From: Chiloscyllium plagiosum
Lineage: Eukaryota
Length of the DNA stretch: 64,000 nt
Direction: 5' to 3'
Assembly: GCF_004010195.1 (NCBI RefSeq)
Contig: NC_057715.1
Coordinates: 63,906,563-63,970,562, forward strand
In this document: positions 51,684-64,000 of the stretch, one piece after another
Position numbering within the stretch: the first letter of the stretch is position 1
Layout of the letters: each line of letters opens with the position of its first letter
The notes under the pieces: generated by a model
Databases searched by the model: none
What the model was told of the DNA's origin: nothing
Seen by the model: only the letters and a program-made list of their open reading frames with translations
Program-made: the position numbers and the translations under genes

Positions 51684-52334
51684 GTGATTTTCACAGGGTG
51701 ACACTGTGTCTGGATTGAACGCAGTTATATTATTGAAGTTTCTGAATCTAGTCATTAGGGGGTAGCATGCAAACAGGCAGTGAGGGATCTTGTGATGCAA
51801 TGGTACTGTCCCTACCTCTGACCTAGGAGGAATAGGTTTAATTCCCACCTGCTCTAGAGGTGTGGCTAATGTCTTTGAACAGGTTGATTAGAAAATCTGG
51901 CAGGAACGCAGTAGAAAACTTCACTTTCTCAGTGACAGGTTTTTTTTAATCATCCGTGATTATAGTGTATGAAATTGCAAACCAGTTTTACAGACACATG
52001 TTTATAATTCTTTTACACATGGCACACAGGGGAAGTGTATAACCTGAGAAACTAGAATCTTACCCCACAGACATATAACAAAAGTTACTATCTTAGCTGA
52101 CTTGTTAATATCAGTAACAGCACTGTGAAGTGTGCTTACACCATATGGACTGCAGTGCTTCAAGAAGGAAGCTTACCATCAGCTTGTCAAAGGAATTTAG
52201 AAATGGTTAAGAATTGCTGGCTGTGATTCTCACATTTCATAAATGGAATACAAAATTCAAATAGAATTTAAGATCTAAAAATCAGAAACAAACTGTTGAA
52301 CATCTTTTTTAAAGCTTGCTTTTCCTCCTTTCAG

Positions 52335-52454
52335 TTATTGCTGCAGCAGCCAACGTCTATCAGCCTGAGTCCATTACAGTATCAAGAATCACAGCAGCAA
52401 AAGCAGCAACAACTGGGTCTTATTGCGCATGAGCATGATCTCCCCAATAAACAG
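52335..52454 (+). CDS. NPAS2: NPAS2 exon (~17), Q-rich
   Basis: ctttcag|...CAG|gtacca, 120 nt; LLLQQPTSISLSPLQYQESQQQKQQQLGLIAHEHDLPNKQ. The donor is weak, but it is the in-frame GT before a stop. Confidence 0.78.
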
Positions 52455-52794
52455 GTACCAATAGGATCAACATAATAGCGCCAAGCATACTCACAAACCA
52501 ACAAAATTATTAGTTTTGAAAGTGAAAACATAAAATGTTGGAAACACCATATCAGATCCATCATTATAGTGGGCTCTGCATTAGGAATGGGAAACTGGAA
52601 GCTAAGTGGTAAGTCAGGGCTGAACAAACCAATAAAACAGTGAACTCATTTAGACTAATGATTTTGCTTGGCATAGGCCATGTAAGAATTCTTCCCATCA
52701 AATAAAGCAAATAAAATGCAGTTAGTGAAGGTGAGTATGTGTAATTTTACAAGATATTATGAGAGGAATTTATTGATGGTGGTCTGGAGGATGT

Positions 52795-52956
52795 GCCAAT
52801 CCACCTAACTCATGGAGGAAACTGGAGCACCTGAAGGAAACCCACATAGGCACAGGGAGAATTTGCAAACTCCAATTTGCAAACCTGAGATTGGAATTGA
52901 GCCCAGGTCCCTGGTGCTGTGAGGTAGCAGTGCTAACCACTGAGCTACCATGCCAC
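52795..52956 (-). mobile_element. Partial HE1-like SINE
   Basis: gaggaaactggagcacctgaaggaaacccac...gcagtgctaaccactgagctacc. Confidence 0.8.
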
Positions 52957-53419
52957 CTCTAGTTAAACTCACCCCTTTAAAGATTCACAAGTTTTTCACA
53001 AGCAACCATATTACATGAGGTGATCTTAGAGTGCTTGTGATGAATAGAATTGATGCATGTAAGGGAAAACTAGCTAACCCCATTGAGGAGAAAGGAATTG
53101 AGGAATCAACCCATGCTTAACTGTAAGAGGAGGTTTGCCTGGAGCATTAACAAACAGCTTAACTCTGTTGTAAAATTTGGAGTAATTCTATACTATAGAT
53201 ATACAAATGAGCTAATCCACAAGCTTCTGGAAGATTCAGCTTTCTGAGCATAGTCAGGTGCAAATACAACATGAAATTTTGGGAGATGACTATCTAGGTC
53301 TCTAGTAAGGCTGATACAAATGTTTGATGCATTTCACACTAAACAGGTTTTTATTTGCTAAACGGAATATTTGGACTTTGATCTTTCTGCTCAACAAGAT
53401 GTTTTTAATGTTTTTGTAG

Positions 53420-53601
53420 AATGCTAAAATGATACATGCTGGATGTGTGGTACAGACCTCAATGCCCAATATTTCCTCTGCAAGCCTGGCATTACATTTC
53501 AGCAGTCCTGTGATGTTCTCTCAGGCCCCGTCAATGGCAATCCAAAGTGATGGCACCATTGGTCATTCAGGTCTCAACTTTGGTCATGACAGGCAACTAA
53601 G
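53420..53601 (+). CDS. NPAS2: NPAS2 exon (~18)
   Basis: ttttgtag|...AG|gtagta, 182 nt, open frame ending LNFGHDRQL(R). Confidence 0.85.
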
Positions 53602-53729
53602 GTAGTAGCAATTTTGTTTCATAAATTACAATCAAATGTATGAATAACAAGCTTAAAGAATTACCTTTAGGAAGATATTTCTTATCTATATGAATTATCT
53701 ATCAGAAAAAACATGAATTTTAGCAATTT

Positions 53730-54512
53730 AAATAGCAGCAGTTACAAGCGGTGTTCCGCAAGGATCTGTTTTGGGACCATTGCTGTTTGTCATTTTTATA
53801 AATGACCTGGAGGAGGGGCTAGAAGGTTGGGTGAGCAAGTTTGCGGATGATACGAAAGTTGGTGGAGTTGTTGCCAGTGAGGAAGGATGTGTCAGGTTAC
53901 AGTGGGATATAGATAAGCTGCAGAGCTGGGCAGAAAGGTGGCAAATGGAGTTCAATGTAGCTAAGTGTGAGGTGATTCACTTTGGTAAGAGTAACAAAAA
54001 GATGGGGTACTGGGCTAATGGTCGGATACTTGGTAGTGTGGATGAGCAGAGGGATCTTGGTGTCCATGTACACAGATCTCTGAAAGTTGCCACCCAGGTA
54101 AATAGTGCGGTGAAGAAGGCACATGGCGTACTGGCTTTTATTGGTAGAGGAATTGAGTTCCGGATTCCTGAGGTCATGTTGTAGTTGTATAAGACTCTGG
54201 TGCGGCCGCACCTGGAGTATTGTGTGCAGTTTTGGTCGCCATACTACAGGAAGGATGTGGAGGCATTGGAACGGGTGCAGAGGAGGTTTACCAGGATGTT
54301 GCCTGGTATGGAAGGAAAATCGTATGAGGAAAGACTGAGGCACTTGGGGCTGTTTTCACTAGAGTGGTGGACTCTCCCACTTTATGGGCATTTAAATGGG
54401 CATTGGATAGGCATACGGAGGATAGTGAGCTAGTGTAGGTTAGGTGGGCTTGGATCGGCGCAACATTGAGGGCCAAAGGGCCTGTACTGCTCTGTATTTC
54501 TCTATGTTCTAA
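53730..54512 (+). mobile_element. Young CR1/HER1 LINE 3' fragment with internal deletion
   Basis: SGVPQGSVLGPLLFVIFINDL...KFADDTK...LVRPHLEYCVQFWSP. Confidence 0.93.
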
Positions 54513-56470
54513 TTAGAATGTTTCCCTTTTACTTCTGGAAGAAAAGCTTTAATCATTAACCTCATTGGTTTCAGTGCCAATTTTCACTGATTGAGGCTTA
54601 ATAGCATAAAACAGACCTATGTTTCAGGGAAAGTTGGCAATCTCAGTAAATATAAGGCCAAGTTTGCAACTTGAAAGAAAAACATTCACTGTTGCACCAG
54701 AAGTGATTGTTGTGCCATTTCAGACATGATGCTGAGGAAAATAAAAGAGTGTTTTATGTTATATCTGATTGCTCTATCTGTCTTCTGTGAATGATTGATG
54801 CTGATATATTGACTAAAAAACGAAAGTAATTTTCTGTTACGTTAAGTCAATTATCAAATAATTGTGAAGGGAAAACATGAATTGAGTTTTACTTTTAGGA
54901 ACAAAGGAACAGTGAGACAGAATGCCTAGTCACCTTCTAATGCCATTGATTACAATAACTGATGGGTTCCAGGCATGTTCTATGTTGCCAGTGGGCAGCT
55001 CACAAATGCAAGGGATTGAAATCCAGTGATCTTGCTTCACAAGAGCTGCAACAGCTTTCAACTCAGGGAGCTTAAAGAGGGAGAAGTGTCTCTCCCTGCA
55101 ATCATTGCAAATGTTGGCAGAAAGATCTGTAACGTTGACCAGTGGAAATCAAAGCATTTATCACCACTATGCTGCGCCACATCAATTTTTGGGAACTCAA
55201 TAACAGGAGCAGGGATGCCAGGTTCCCACTGGCATTTACTTAGAGTGGGTGGGGAAAATGCAATCGGAATGTGGCAGACTTAGGTGTGGAATTGGAAATT
55301 GAGTTGACGTGGCAAAGAACTCAATATCTCTCTTCGTCTACAACCCTGACCACTTTCAGGCAGTGTAACAAAGGACCATCCAGGCTTCCATGTTTCTCCT
55401 GTTTTGCTAGTCAACAAAGAATTGTTCATTGTTAACATATAAAAAATGTCAATTGCTAACAGTGAAATGCTGTTTTTGGAATGCTGGTGGTACAGTGACA
55501 ATTCAATCAATATATTCTGGATATTTGTATTTAACTTTTCATTTCCTATCCTGAAGTTGTTGTGCCATTTTGTGTGAAGAACAATAATCTATACTGCCAC
55601 AAATCTGATATTCTATCAATTCTAATATAGTAAAAATTAATGTAGTATCGTGAATTAGGACACTTTGAGTTTTCTACAGCACTTATTATTTTACTACACC
55701 ATGCATCAAATAGTATAGTAGAGAAGAGGGGCAAGTTAAATAGTCAAAGCAGGCAAGAGCAAGACAGAAAATGAGGTTAGACTGATAAATTAAAATACAT
55801 TTATTTCAATGCACAAGACCTGCAAGGTAAGTTAGATGAACTTAGGGCATAATTGTAAACAAGAAACTAGGATATCATAGCTATCACAGAAATATGGCTC
55901 AGGGAGGGACAGGACTGGCAGCTTAATGTTCCAGGATATAGTTGTAATAAGAAGGATAGAAAGGGGGCAAGACAGGAGCGGGAGTTGCATTTTTGGTTAG
56001 GGATAACATTACAGCCGAATGTTATTCCTGCGAGAATGTCCAGTGTGTTAAGGGCTTGGATGGAGAGGAAGTTGTGTATGAAAATGTTTTTTTATTCTAT
56101 CCATGGATGTACCTACTAGAGAAGGAGCACTACTTGACCTTCTCCTGGGAAATAAGGCTAGACAAATAACTGAGGTGTCAGTGGGGAAGCATTTTGGGGC
56201 CACTGATCATAATTCTATTCATTTTAAAACAGTTATGGAAAATGATAGACCTGATCTAAAAGTTAAAGTTCTAAACTGGAGTAATGCCAATTTTGAAGGC
56301 ATTAGGCAGGAACTTTCAAAAGTTGTTTGGGAGAGGATACACCAAGGTGGTTGGAAAACTAGAGGCCTTCAAAAATTAGGTAACAAGAGTTCAGAGACAG
56401 TATGTTCCTGTTAGTGCAAAGGGCAAGGCTGGTAGGTGTAGGGAATGCTGGATGACTAGGAAAACTGAGG

Positions 56471-56689
56471 AGAAAATGTGTTGCTGGAAAAGCGCAGCAG
56501 GTCAGGCAGCATCCAAGGAACAGGAGAATCGACGTTTCGGGCATAAGCCCTTCTTCAGGAATGCCTGAAGAAGGGCTTATGCCTGAAACATCGATTCTCC
56601 TGTTCCTTGGATGCTGCCTGACCTGCTGCGCTTTTCCAGCAACACATTTTCAGCTCTGATCTCCAGCATCTGCAGCCCTCACTTTCTCT
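56471..56689. mobile_element. Fold-back PLE family B insertion nested in CR1
   Basis: Arms meet at ttcttcagg-aatg-cctgaagaa; 15-bp TSD ctaggaaaactgagg (56456-56470, 56690-56704). Confidence 0.92.
56527..56562 (-). ncRNA. Minimal hammerhead motif (family B), antisense, intact core
   Basis: Reverse complement: attc-CTGAAGA-a-[gggc ttat gccc]-GAAACGTC-gatt. Confidence 0.8.
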
Positions 56690-59049
56690 CTAGGAAAACT
56701 GAGGCTCTGGTCAAGAAAAAGGAGGCATATGATGGGATCGAGTGAATCCCTAGAGGAGTATAGGGGCAGTAGGAGTATACTTAAAAGGGAAATTCGGAGG
56801 GCAAAAAGGGAACATGAGATAGCTTTGGCAACAAGAGTTAAGGAGACTCCAAAGAGATTCTACAAATACTTTAAGGGGAAAAGAGTAACTGTGGAATGAA
56901 TAGGGGCCCTTAAAGATCAACAAGGCCATCTAAGTGTGGAACCACAGGAGATAGGTGAGATATTAAATTTATATTTTGCGTCAATATTTACTGTGGAGAA
57001 GGACATGGAAGCTAGAGAACTTGGGAGAGGTAAATAGCAAGGTCTTGAAAAGTGTCCATATTATGGCAGAGGAGGTATTGGATGTCTTAAAACACATAAA
57101 GATGGATAAATCCCCAGGACCTGATCAGGTGTACCTCAGAACTTTATTGGAAGTTCGAGAAGAGATTGCTGGGCCCCTTGCTGAGACATTTGTATCGTTG
57201 GTAACAACAGGTGAGGTGCTGGAAGACTGGATGTTAGCTAATATGCTGCCATTATCTAAGATAGGTGATAAGGAAAAGCCAGAGAACCATAGACCAGTGA
57301 GCCTGATGTCAATGGTGAGTAAGTTGTTGGAGGGGATTCTGTGGGATAGGATTTACATGCATTTGGAAAGACAGTGACTGATTAGAGATAGTCAATATGA
57401 CTTTGTGCGTGGGAAATTGTGTCTCACTAACTTGACTGAGTTTTTTGAAGAAGTAACAAAGAAGATTAATGAAGGTAGAATGGTAGTTGCTGTCTATATG
57501 AACTTCAGAAAGGCATTCGACTAGGTTCCACATGATAGGCTGGTTAGCAAGGTTAGATCGCATGGAATCCAGAGGGAGCCAGCCAATTAGATACAAAATT
57601 GGCTTGAAGGTAGGAGACAGTGGGTGGTGATGGAGTGTTTTTTTTCAGACTGGAGGCCTGTGACCAGTGATGTGTCACAAGGACCAGTGGTGGTCCTCTG
57701 CTTTCCGTCATTTAGATATGAGGTATGGAAGTAAGTTTGTAGATGACACCAAAATAAATCATGTAATGGATTGTGAAGATGTTTATCTCAGAGTACAATG
57801 GAACATTAATCAGATGGGCCAATGAGCTGAGGAGTGGCAGATGGAGTTTAATATAGATAAATGTGAGGTGCTGCATTTTGATAAGGCAAATCGGAACAGG
57901 ACTTATACAGTTAATGGTAGGGCCTTGGGAGTGTTGCGGAACAAAGAAACCTAAGGCTGCAGATGCATAGTTCCTTGAAAGTGGAGTTGCAGGTGGACAG
58001 GTTGGTAAGGAAAACAATTGGCACACTTGCCTTTATTGGTCAGCGCTTTGATTATAGCAGTTTGGAGGTCATGTTACGTCGGTACAGGACAGTGGGGAGG
58101 CTATAAGCTGGTGGTACAACGATAACATTTAAAAGGCATCTGAATGGGTATATGAACAGGAGGGGTTTAGAGGGATATGGGCCAAATGCTGGAAAATGGG
58201 ACTAGATTAGTTTTGGATATCTAGTCAGAATGGACGAGTTGAACCGAAGGGTCTGTTTCCATCCTGTATAACTCTATGACTCTATGAAGAATATATGAAC
58301 TGAATAAAGATTTCTGTATCAGCAGCCAACTGAAATTCATTCTGATATACTTGGAGACGGTTTCACTATAATCAAACTCGAAACACTGATTGTTTAAGTG
58401 ATTGGGCCAGAATTGTTTGTCAGAATTGTTGTGTAGTTAATGGTGGTCACTGTTATTTCTGCATAACTAGTGCAGCAACTTAGTAGAGAAGCAAATGTGC
58501 AGCTAGCTACAAATATTGAAAGGTGCCTTGTCACTATTAACTTTACAAAAACAATATTTCTGCCTCACTTTTGAAATGCATTGAAAATTGATGCAGTTGT
58601 TTTATTTGCAAATTAGGTACAAAATAAAGTTATTGCAAAGATTTTGGACCAGTAATTACAAATTAAAATATCCTTCTTGCCTAGACAAAATACAAGCGTG
58701 CAGCTTAATTTCTTCAAACTGTTGAAGATTTTAAAAATACCAAGTTTATTTTTTTCATTAGCTTTCCCTTTCTGTCTCTTTTTCTTTCTAAATCCAATTG
58801 TTTCCTTCCTTTCTTTAATCCTCTTTCTGTATCTGATTTGACATTGAGTTTGCCTGCACTAATTTACATTACTATCTCAGTCCTTGTGTCGTTTATTTCA
58901 CTACCTTTCATTTGGATTGATTGAGGACACACATTTCCATCTCCAGTTCACTTAATTCCCAAGTGCATATTGTTTTCCACTATGCTGCCATCAGCTTGCA
59001 CTTCCATCACTTGTGATGCAAAACCTAAATGCACACGAGATTGGAGACG

Positions 59050-59470
59050 TAATGCCGCCAAGACTGTGCCCACCAAGACTGAGCCTTTCCCAAGAGCCTA
59101 TAACAGATCTTTCTGCAGTGATGACGGACAAGGTGAGCTCCAGTTTTATTGGGTGGTCACCATGGCCCAGAATTTCTATGCACCTTACACAATCCAGGAT
59201 TCCATTGGAGGCATTTGTGGTATTTCCCAAACAGCCACACATTACTGCATCAGAGTGGTAGTGGAGTTCCTATTAAGAAAGGTCAGACAGTACATATACT
59301 GTCAAACTGCTGAATGGCCATCAAGCTGAGCGAACCTGAGGAATATGCATAATCGCTGGACTCCCCCAGATGCGAGATATCATGGGACATATGTTTGTGG
59401 CCATCAAGGTTTACGCAGAACAGCTAGGAGACTTCATTCACCAGAAGAAATTCCATTCCATCAGCATTTC
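59050..59470 (+). mobile_element. PIF/Harbinger transposase remnant
   Basis: VTMAQNFYA...IGGICGISQTATHYCIRVV and IAGLPQMRDIMGHMFVAIK...FIHQKKFHSISI resemble HARBI1-type motifs; frameshifted, catalytic D lost. Confidence 0.7.
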
Positions 59471-60268
59471 AATTGCTTTGCACCATTGGCACTTATGTGC
59501 TCATTATCCTTGCGACTTGCACCTACACACAGGCACTCCCACTTATTTCCAGAAATGCTATAAGGCAGCTCAAATTTAATTCAGCAGTCAGGTTCAGATT
59601 TAAGTTCCTTGTAGAAGGTTCATGTTTAATGTCTACTTTATCTGTTTATAATGAAGGTTTTAAAGAGAATTTTAATTAAGGAGAGACTACAAGAAAAATT
59701 CCACGGAGCAATGTGAATTAATGCCATGTGAATTCCATAACATATTTTTATTGTAATGTGCTAAAAGCACCCTGCACCAGAAAAACAGAACTTGCAAAGT
59801 GAGAATTGGAAAGCTGCCGTAACAATTGCAGCTGATGTTTTGCGAAGGCTGGGCCAAGGATGCCTATGAATAGATTTGTAAGTCAGTCTATTTCTGACAT
59901 GAAATCCTGGAAGAAAAATCTGCATTCTACAAATGTTACCTCAGCTGCATTATTATGTTAAGATGGGGTTCTCACTGTTTCTGAAAGTAACTTTCTGAGA
60001 CAGATGTTTTGTCCATTGATGTAGATTGTGTAAATAATTTTCATCCATGATTCTGGTCAACAACTACTATTTATGGGGCATAACCAATGTGATCATTTAT
60101 CTACTGCAACATGGTGATATAACATCCTTTAAAAATAAACTGCACTCTGAATGGGGCTTAACTTCAGACTTAGATATATCATATTCACATTAAGGTTACC
60201 AGTCTCATAAATGTAATCCTCTGACATCTGTAGACTTGCAGGGAATACTTTAGAAAGTAGGTATGCAG

Positions 60269-60413
60269 GGAGAAAGCGAGGACTGCAGATGCTGGAGATC
60301 AGAGCTGAAAATGTGTTGCTGGAAAAGCGCAGCAGGTCAGGCAGCATCCAAGGAGCAGGAGAATCGACGTTTCGGGCATGAGCCCTTCTTCAGGAAGAAG
60401 GGCTCATGCCCAA
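60269..60413. mobile_element. Asymmetric fold-back PLE family B insertion
   Basis: Long minus arm with intact hammerhead core (60366-60393) plus an 18-nt inverted stub gaagaagggctcatgccc; 15-bp TSD aaagtaggtatgcag (60254-60268, 60414-60428). Confidence 0.9.
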
Positions 60414-60554
60414 AAAGTAGGTATGCAGCACATATATTGCTTTTAAGCACAATTCATTGATCAGTTGTGATAGATATTATATACAAGCTGGATTGTAGTA
60501 AATGCTAATGTGAAAATGTGAGTTTTTTTCATGGTTTGCATTTTTCTTTTTAAG

Positions 60555-60647
60555 GATGCTGCTCAGTCAACCCATTCAACCATTGATGCCTCTTACGTGC
60601 CACAACAGACAACCCACAGAATTCACTCCCACTGGACAACAAGCTAA
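60555..60647 (+). CDS. NPAS2: NPAS2 exon (~19)
   Basis: ttttaag|...AA|gtatgt, 93 nt; (R)MLLSQPIQPLMPLTCHNRQPTEFTPTGQQA. Confidence 0.92.
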   Translation, partial: DAAQSTHSTIDASYVPQQTTHRIHSHWTTS

Positions 60648-61924
60648 GTATGTCAAAACTATTTAGGGATCTAAATGCCACAGTTCTCTTCATTGTAAAA
60701 TTTTCTTTGTTATGGTTCCAAACATTCACATGTGGCAATCCCAAGTTTAATTTACAGGATACGCATGTAATTTAACAAAATTATATGTCATTTTACATTA
60801 ACTCAAAGTGATAAAGTATTATATATTGTGGATGGAAAGACCCATTTTACCTAATTCAACACTCTTCATTGGTGGAACAGACAAATTTGCTCTACTTATC
60901 AAGTTCAAAATATTTCAATTTGAAGAAATCAAATCCCATAAGTCTTAAAATATTGTTGATTTATTGGTTTAAATTTGTTTTCTGGTGTTGTCAATGTTTT
61001 TTCTACATATTCTCCTGAGGATGCATTTTATAGTCTTGAGCATGCTTACACTGGGGTGGTGGTGGGGGTTGGGGGGGGGGGGGAGCGGAGCACATACAAT
61101 ACAAGGTATGTCCAGTCTACCACCTTCCAAGTTGTCCCTTTACTGCAGTAACTAATGAGTACCAAAATCAGCCATCTATCCACCCATGTTTAGATTAATA
61201 ATTAATGGCTAATTGACCTTGTTATCAAACCATCATAAAGTTGGCATAGGCAGGAGTGAGTCATCCAGTGTTTTAGCCCAAATCGAAAAAAGGCAAGAAG
61301 AATGGGGTGCATATCAATCATGGGGGGTCTGTGTACATCAAGGGCAACCCTGATTGAAAAATGTTATCCACCCATCATTCCTTTCTGCTTCCCCTCCAAA
61401 ACTTACCCTCCACAACCCATCTTGCCCAACTCCAGACCCTACTCACTAAGCCCAACGCACCTGGCTCTTTGTCCATTTTTATCATGGGCCTCCTTGCAGA
61501 CCTGGCAATGAACACTTCCAGATTCTGCTGCTGCTTGGACTGTTGGAATCACCAGACCTAGATGTTATGCTTCCTCCCATAGAGGTGTGTAAGTCCCACT
61601 TTCTCCTCATTCAGGTCTCCTTGTTTCAGGTGCATTGACACCTGGCAATTTTTCTGCCTGGCGGGGAAATGCATACTTCCATTTCACTGACAAAAATCAT
61701 TCCTATGAGCAGATTCTGCATTCTTTATGTTCAGGTACTTGACCATAGCGCCGACTGTCTTGTTGTACAAAAGTAAGATCTGGAAATGTAGTTGTGATTC
61801 CTTCTATGCCCTCAAAGGTACTTCTCTAATCTTCTAAAACACAAGCTGCCAAAGATTTCAGTGCAATTACAGTACATACAAATGAATAAACTGTTTTATT
61901 TTACAATTAGCAAGATTATGCAAT

Positions 61925-64000
61925 CGACAATAATAGGGGATTTCAACTTCCCAATGCTAACTGGGATAGATAAAGTGTTAAAGTCTCATAGAGGGTGCAA
62001 TTTGTTTCATCTATCCAGGAGAGCGTTTGAAATTAGCATATAGAAACTCCCACCAAAGACAGGGCAGCGCTGGAACTAATTTGAGAGAGTAAAGTTGGTC
62101 AACTGTTAGAAGTGATCACACTTAGTAAGATTTAAGGTAGTCATTAAAAAGGACAAAAATAGACTAGAAATAAAGATTTTTAAATTGGGGAAGGCTGATA
62201 TTAATATGATTAGACAGGACCTGGCCATTATGGCCTGGGAGCTGCTGCCTGTAGGAAAATCTACATTGGAGAAGTGAGAGTCATTCAAAAAAGAAATAGT
62301 GGAAGGGCAGGGCCAACATATTCCTGTAAAGGTGAAGAATAGAACTAAAAATTTCAGAGAACCCTGAATATCAAGGAATGTTCAAGGAAAAAAAGTGAGT
62401 CTTATTGTAGATAACCATCAGAATACCAAAAGCCCTAGAAAGTACAGACAGTTACTTAAAAATTAAATTAGACAAACAAAGTTGGGATGAGGGGAGGTGC
62501 ATGAAAAAACAGTGCCAGATAAAATAAAGGACTCTCGAAAGGCATTTTGTAGATATAATAGGAGCCAGAAGATGATCATGGAAAGAGGAGAACCTATTAT
62601 GGACATAATCAGAAAACCAAAGGTGGAGCTGGAAGATGTAGGTGAGGTTTAAATTAATGCTTTACATCTGTATTCGCAACAGAGAAGGACAAGGTAGGTA
62701 TAGAAATCAGGGAAGAATACTGTGATACACATTAACAATTTACAATTGAGAGGGAGGGGATATTATCATGGTTTTAACATGCCTAAAATTAGATAAGTCC
62801 CAGGCCTGGATGAATTGTATCCCAAGATGCTGAGGGAATCAAGGAACACGATTTCAGAAGTTAACTTGCAAATCCTCTCTGGGCACAGGAGTGGTGCCAG
62901 AGGATTGGAGGACAACTAATGTGGTACCATACAAGGATAGTAGGAATGAACCCAGGGAACTGTAGGCCAGTGAGTCTAAAATCAGTGGTGGGCAAACTAT
63001 TAGAATCAATTTCCACTTGGAGAGACAAGGATTAATCAAGGATAGTCAGCATGGCTTTCTCAACAGGAAATCATGTGTGACAGGTTTGATTGAGTTTTTT
63101 TGAAGAGATGACGAGATGTGTGGATGAGGGCAATAAAGTGGATTTAGTCTACATGAGCTTCAGTAAACCTGGCAATGTCTCACATGCAAGACTGATCAAG
63201 AAGGTAACTGTCTATGGGATCCAGGGCAATTTGGCAAATTGAATCCAAAATTAGCTCTGTGACAGGAGGCGGAGGATAATGGCTGAAAGTTATTGTTTTA
63301 TGACAAGAAGCCTGGGTTCAATGGCATATTGTAGGGTTTGGTGTTGGGTCCCTTACTGTTTGTTGTGTACATTAATGATCTAGTCATGAATGTAAAATGT
63401 TTGATCAGTGTATTTGCAGATGACACAAAAATTGGTGGTTAGTAAATAGTGAGGAAAAAAGCCTTAAACTACAGGATGATATAGATTGGTTGGTCAAATG
63501 GGCTAAACAGAGGCAAATGGAATTTAATCCTGAAAAGTGTGAGGTGACTCATTTTGGGAGGATCAATAGACAATTGAGTATACAATGAGTGCAAAGATCA
63601 TATGCACAGAGGATCAGAGGGTCCTTAGTGTGCATGTCCACAGATCCTTAAAGGCAACAGGACAGGTAGATGGTTAAATGAGGCATACGGCGTATTTTCT
63701 TTTCATATAATAGATATTGAATATAAGGAGCTTTTTAAGAGTTTAGCTAGGCCATAGCTGGAGTGCAGTTCTGAATGCTACACTATATGAAGGATGGTGC
63801 AAAGAAAATTCACCATTATGTGATCTAGGTTGCAACATTTCAGCTATGAAGAGACTAGACTGACTGGGTTTGTTTTGCTGAGATCAGAGAAAGCTGAGGA
63901 GGGATCTGATTGAGATATATAAAGTTATGAGGGGCATAGATAGAGCAGACAGGAAGAAACCTTTCCCCTTAGAGGGTCAGTAGCAGGGAGCATAGACTTA
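61925..64000 (+). mobile_element. Older CR1 LINE ORF2, decayed, running off the window
   Basis: IIGDFNFP, SQHGFLNRKSC, VLGPLLFVVYINDL, FADDTKIG, QMEFNPEKC. Confidence 0.9.

Larger units (their letters stand above)
55770..58287 (+). mobile_element. CR1/HER1 LINE ORF2, endonuclease to 3' UTR, decayed
   Basis: IYFNAQDL, DIIAITEIWL, PTREGALLDL, DHNSI, KSPGPD, RPVSL; (ctatga)n tail. Confidence 0.92.

Noticed and set aside
61053-61083. G-rich tract as a functional G-quadruplex (and the C-tract near 10186-10206)
   Set aside because: Simple homopolymer-like runs with no supporting context.

Overview
Vertebrate genomic DNA, very probably a shark (HE1-type V-SINEs, HER1/CR1 LINEs and SacSINE1-like DeuSINEs; the species cannot be determined from the sequence). 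The window holds 17 consecutive + strand coding exons of the bHLH-PAS circadian factor NPAS2, equivalent to human exons 3-19. They total 1968 nt, all have GT-AG boundaries, and they join in one open frame. The first coding exon and the last exons lie outside the window. The introns are full of mobile DNA: CR1/HER1 LINE pieces, a decayed Ty3/Gypsy element, two Tx1-like LINEs, RTE and Harbinger remnants, tRNA-derived SINEs and many Penelope-like element (PLE) pieces. The most striking pattern is about 11 fold-back (head-to-head) PLE insertions from four sequence families. Most are flanked by 10-17 bp target-site duplications and carry minimal hammerhead-ribozyme motifs, with the inversion point usually at the ribozyme. 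There is also a 37-bp PLE fragment between two identical 92-bp copies. Nearly all ORF-track entries are spurious or TE-derived. TE boundaries are approximate, and family names come from recognised motifs, not database searches.
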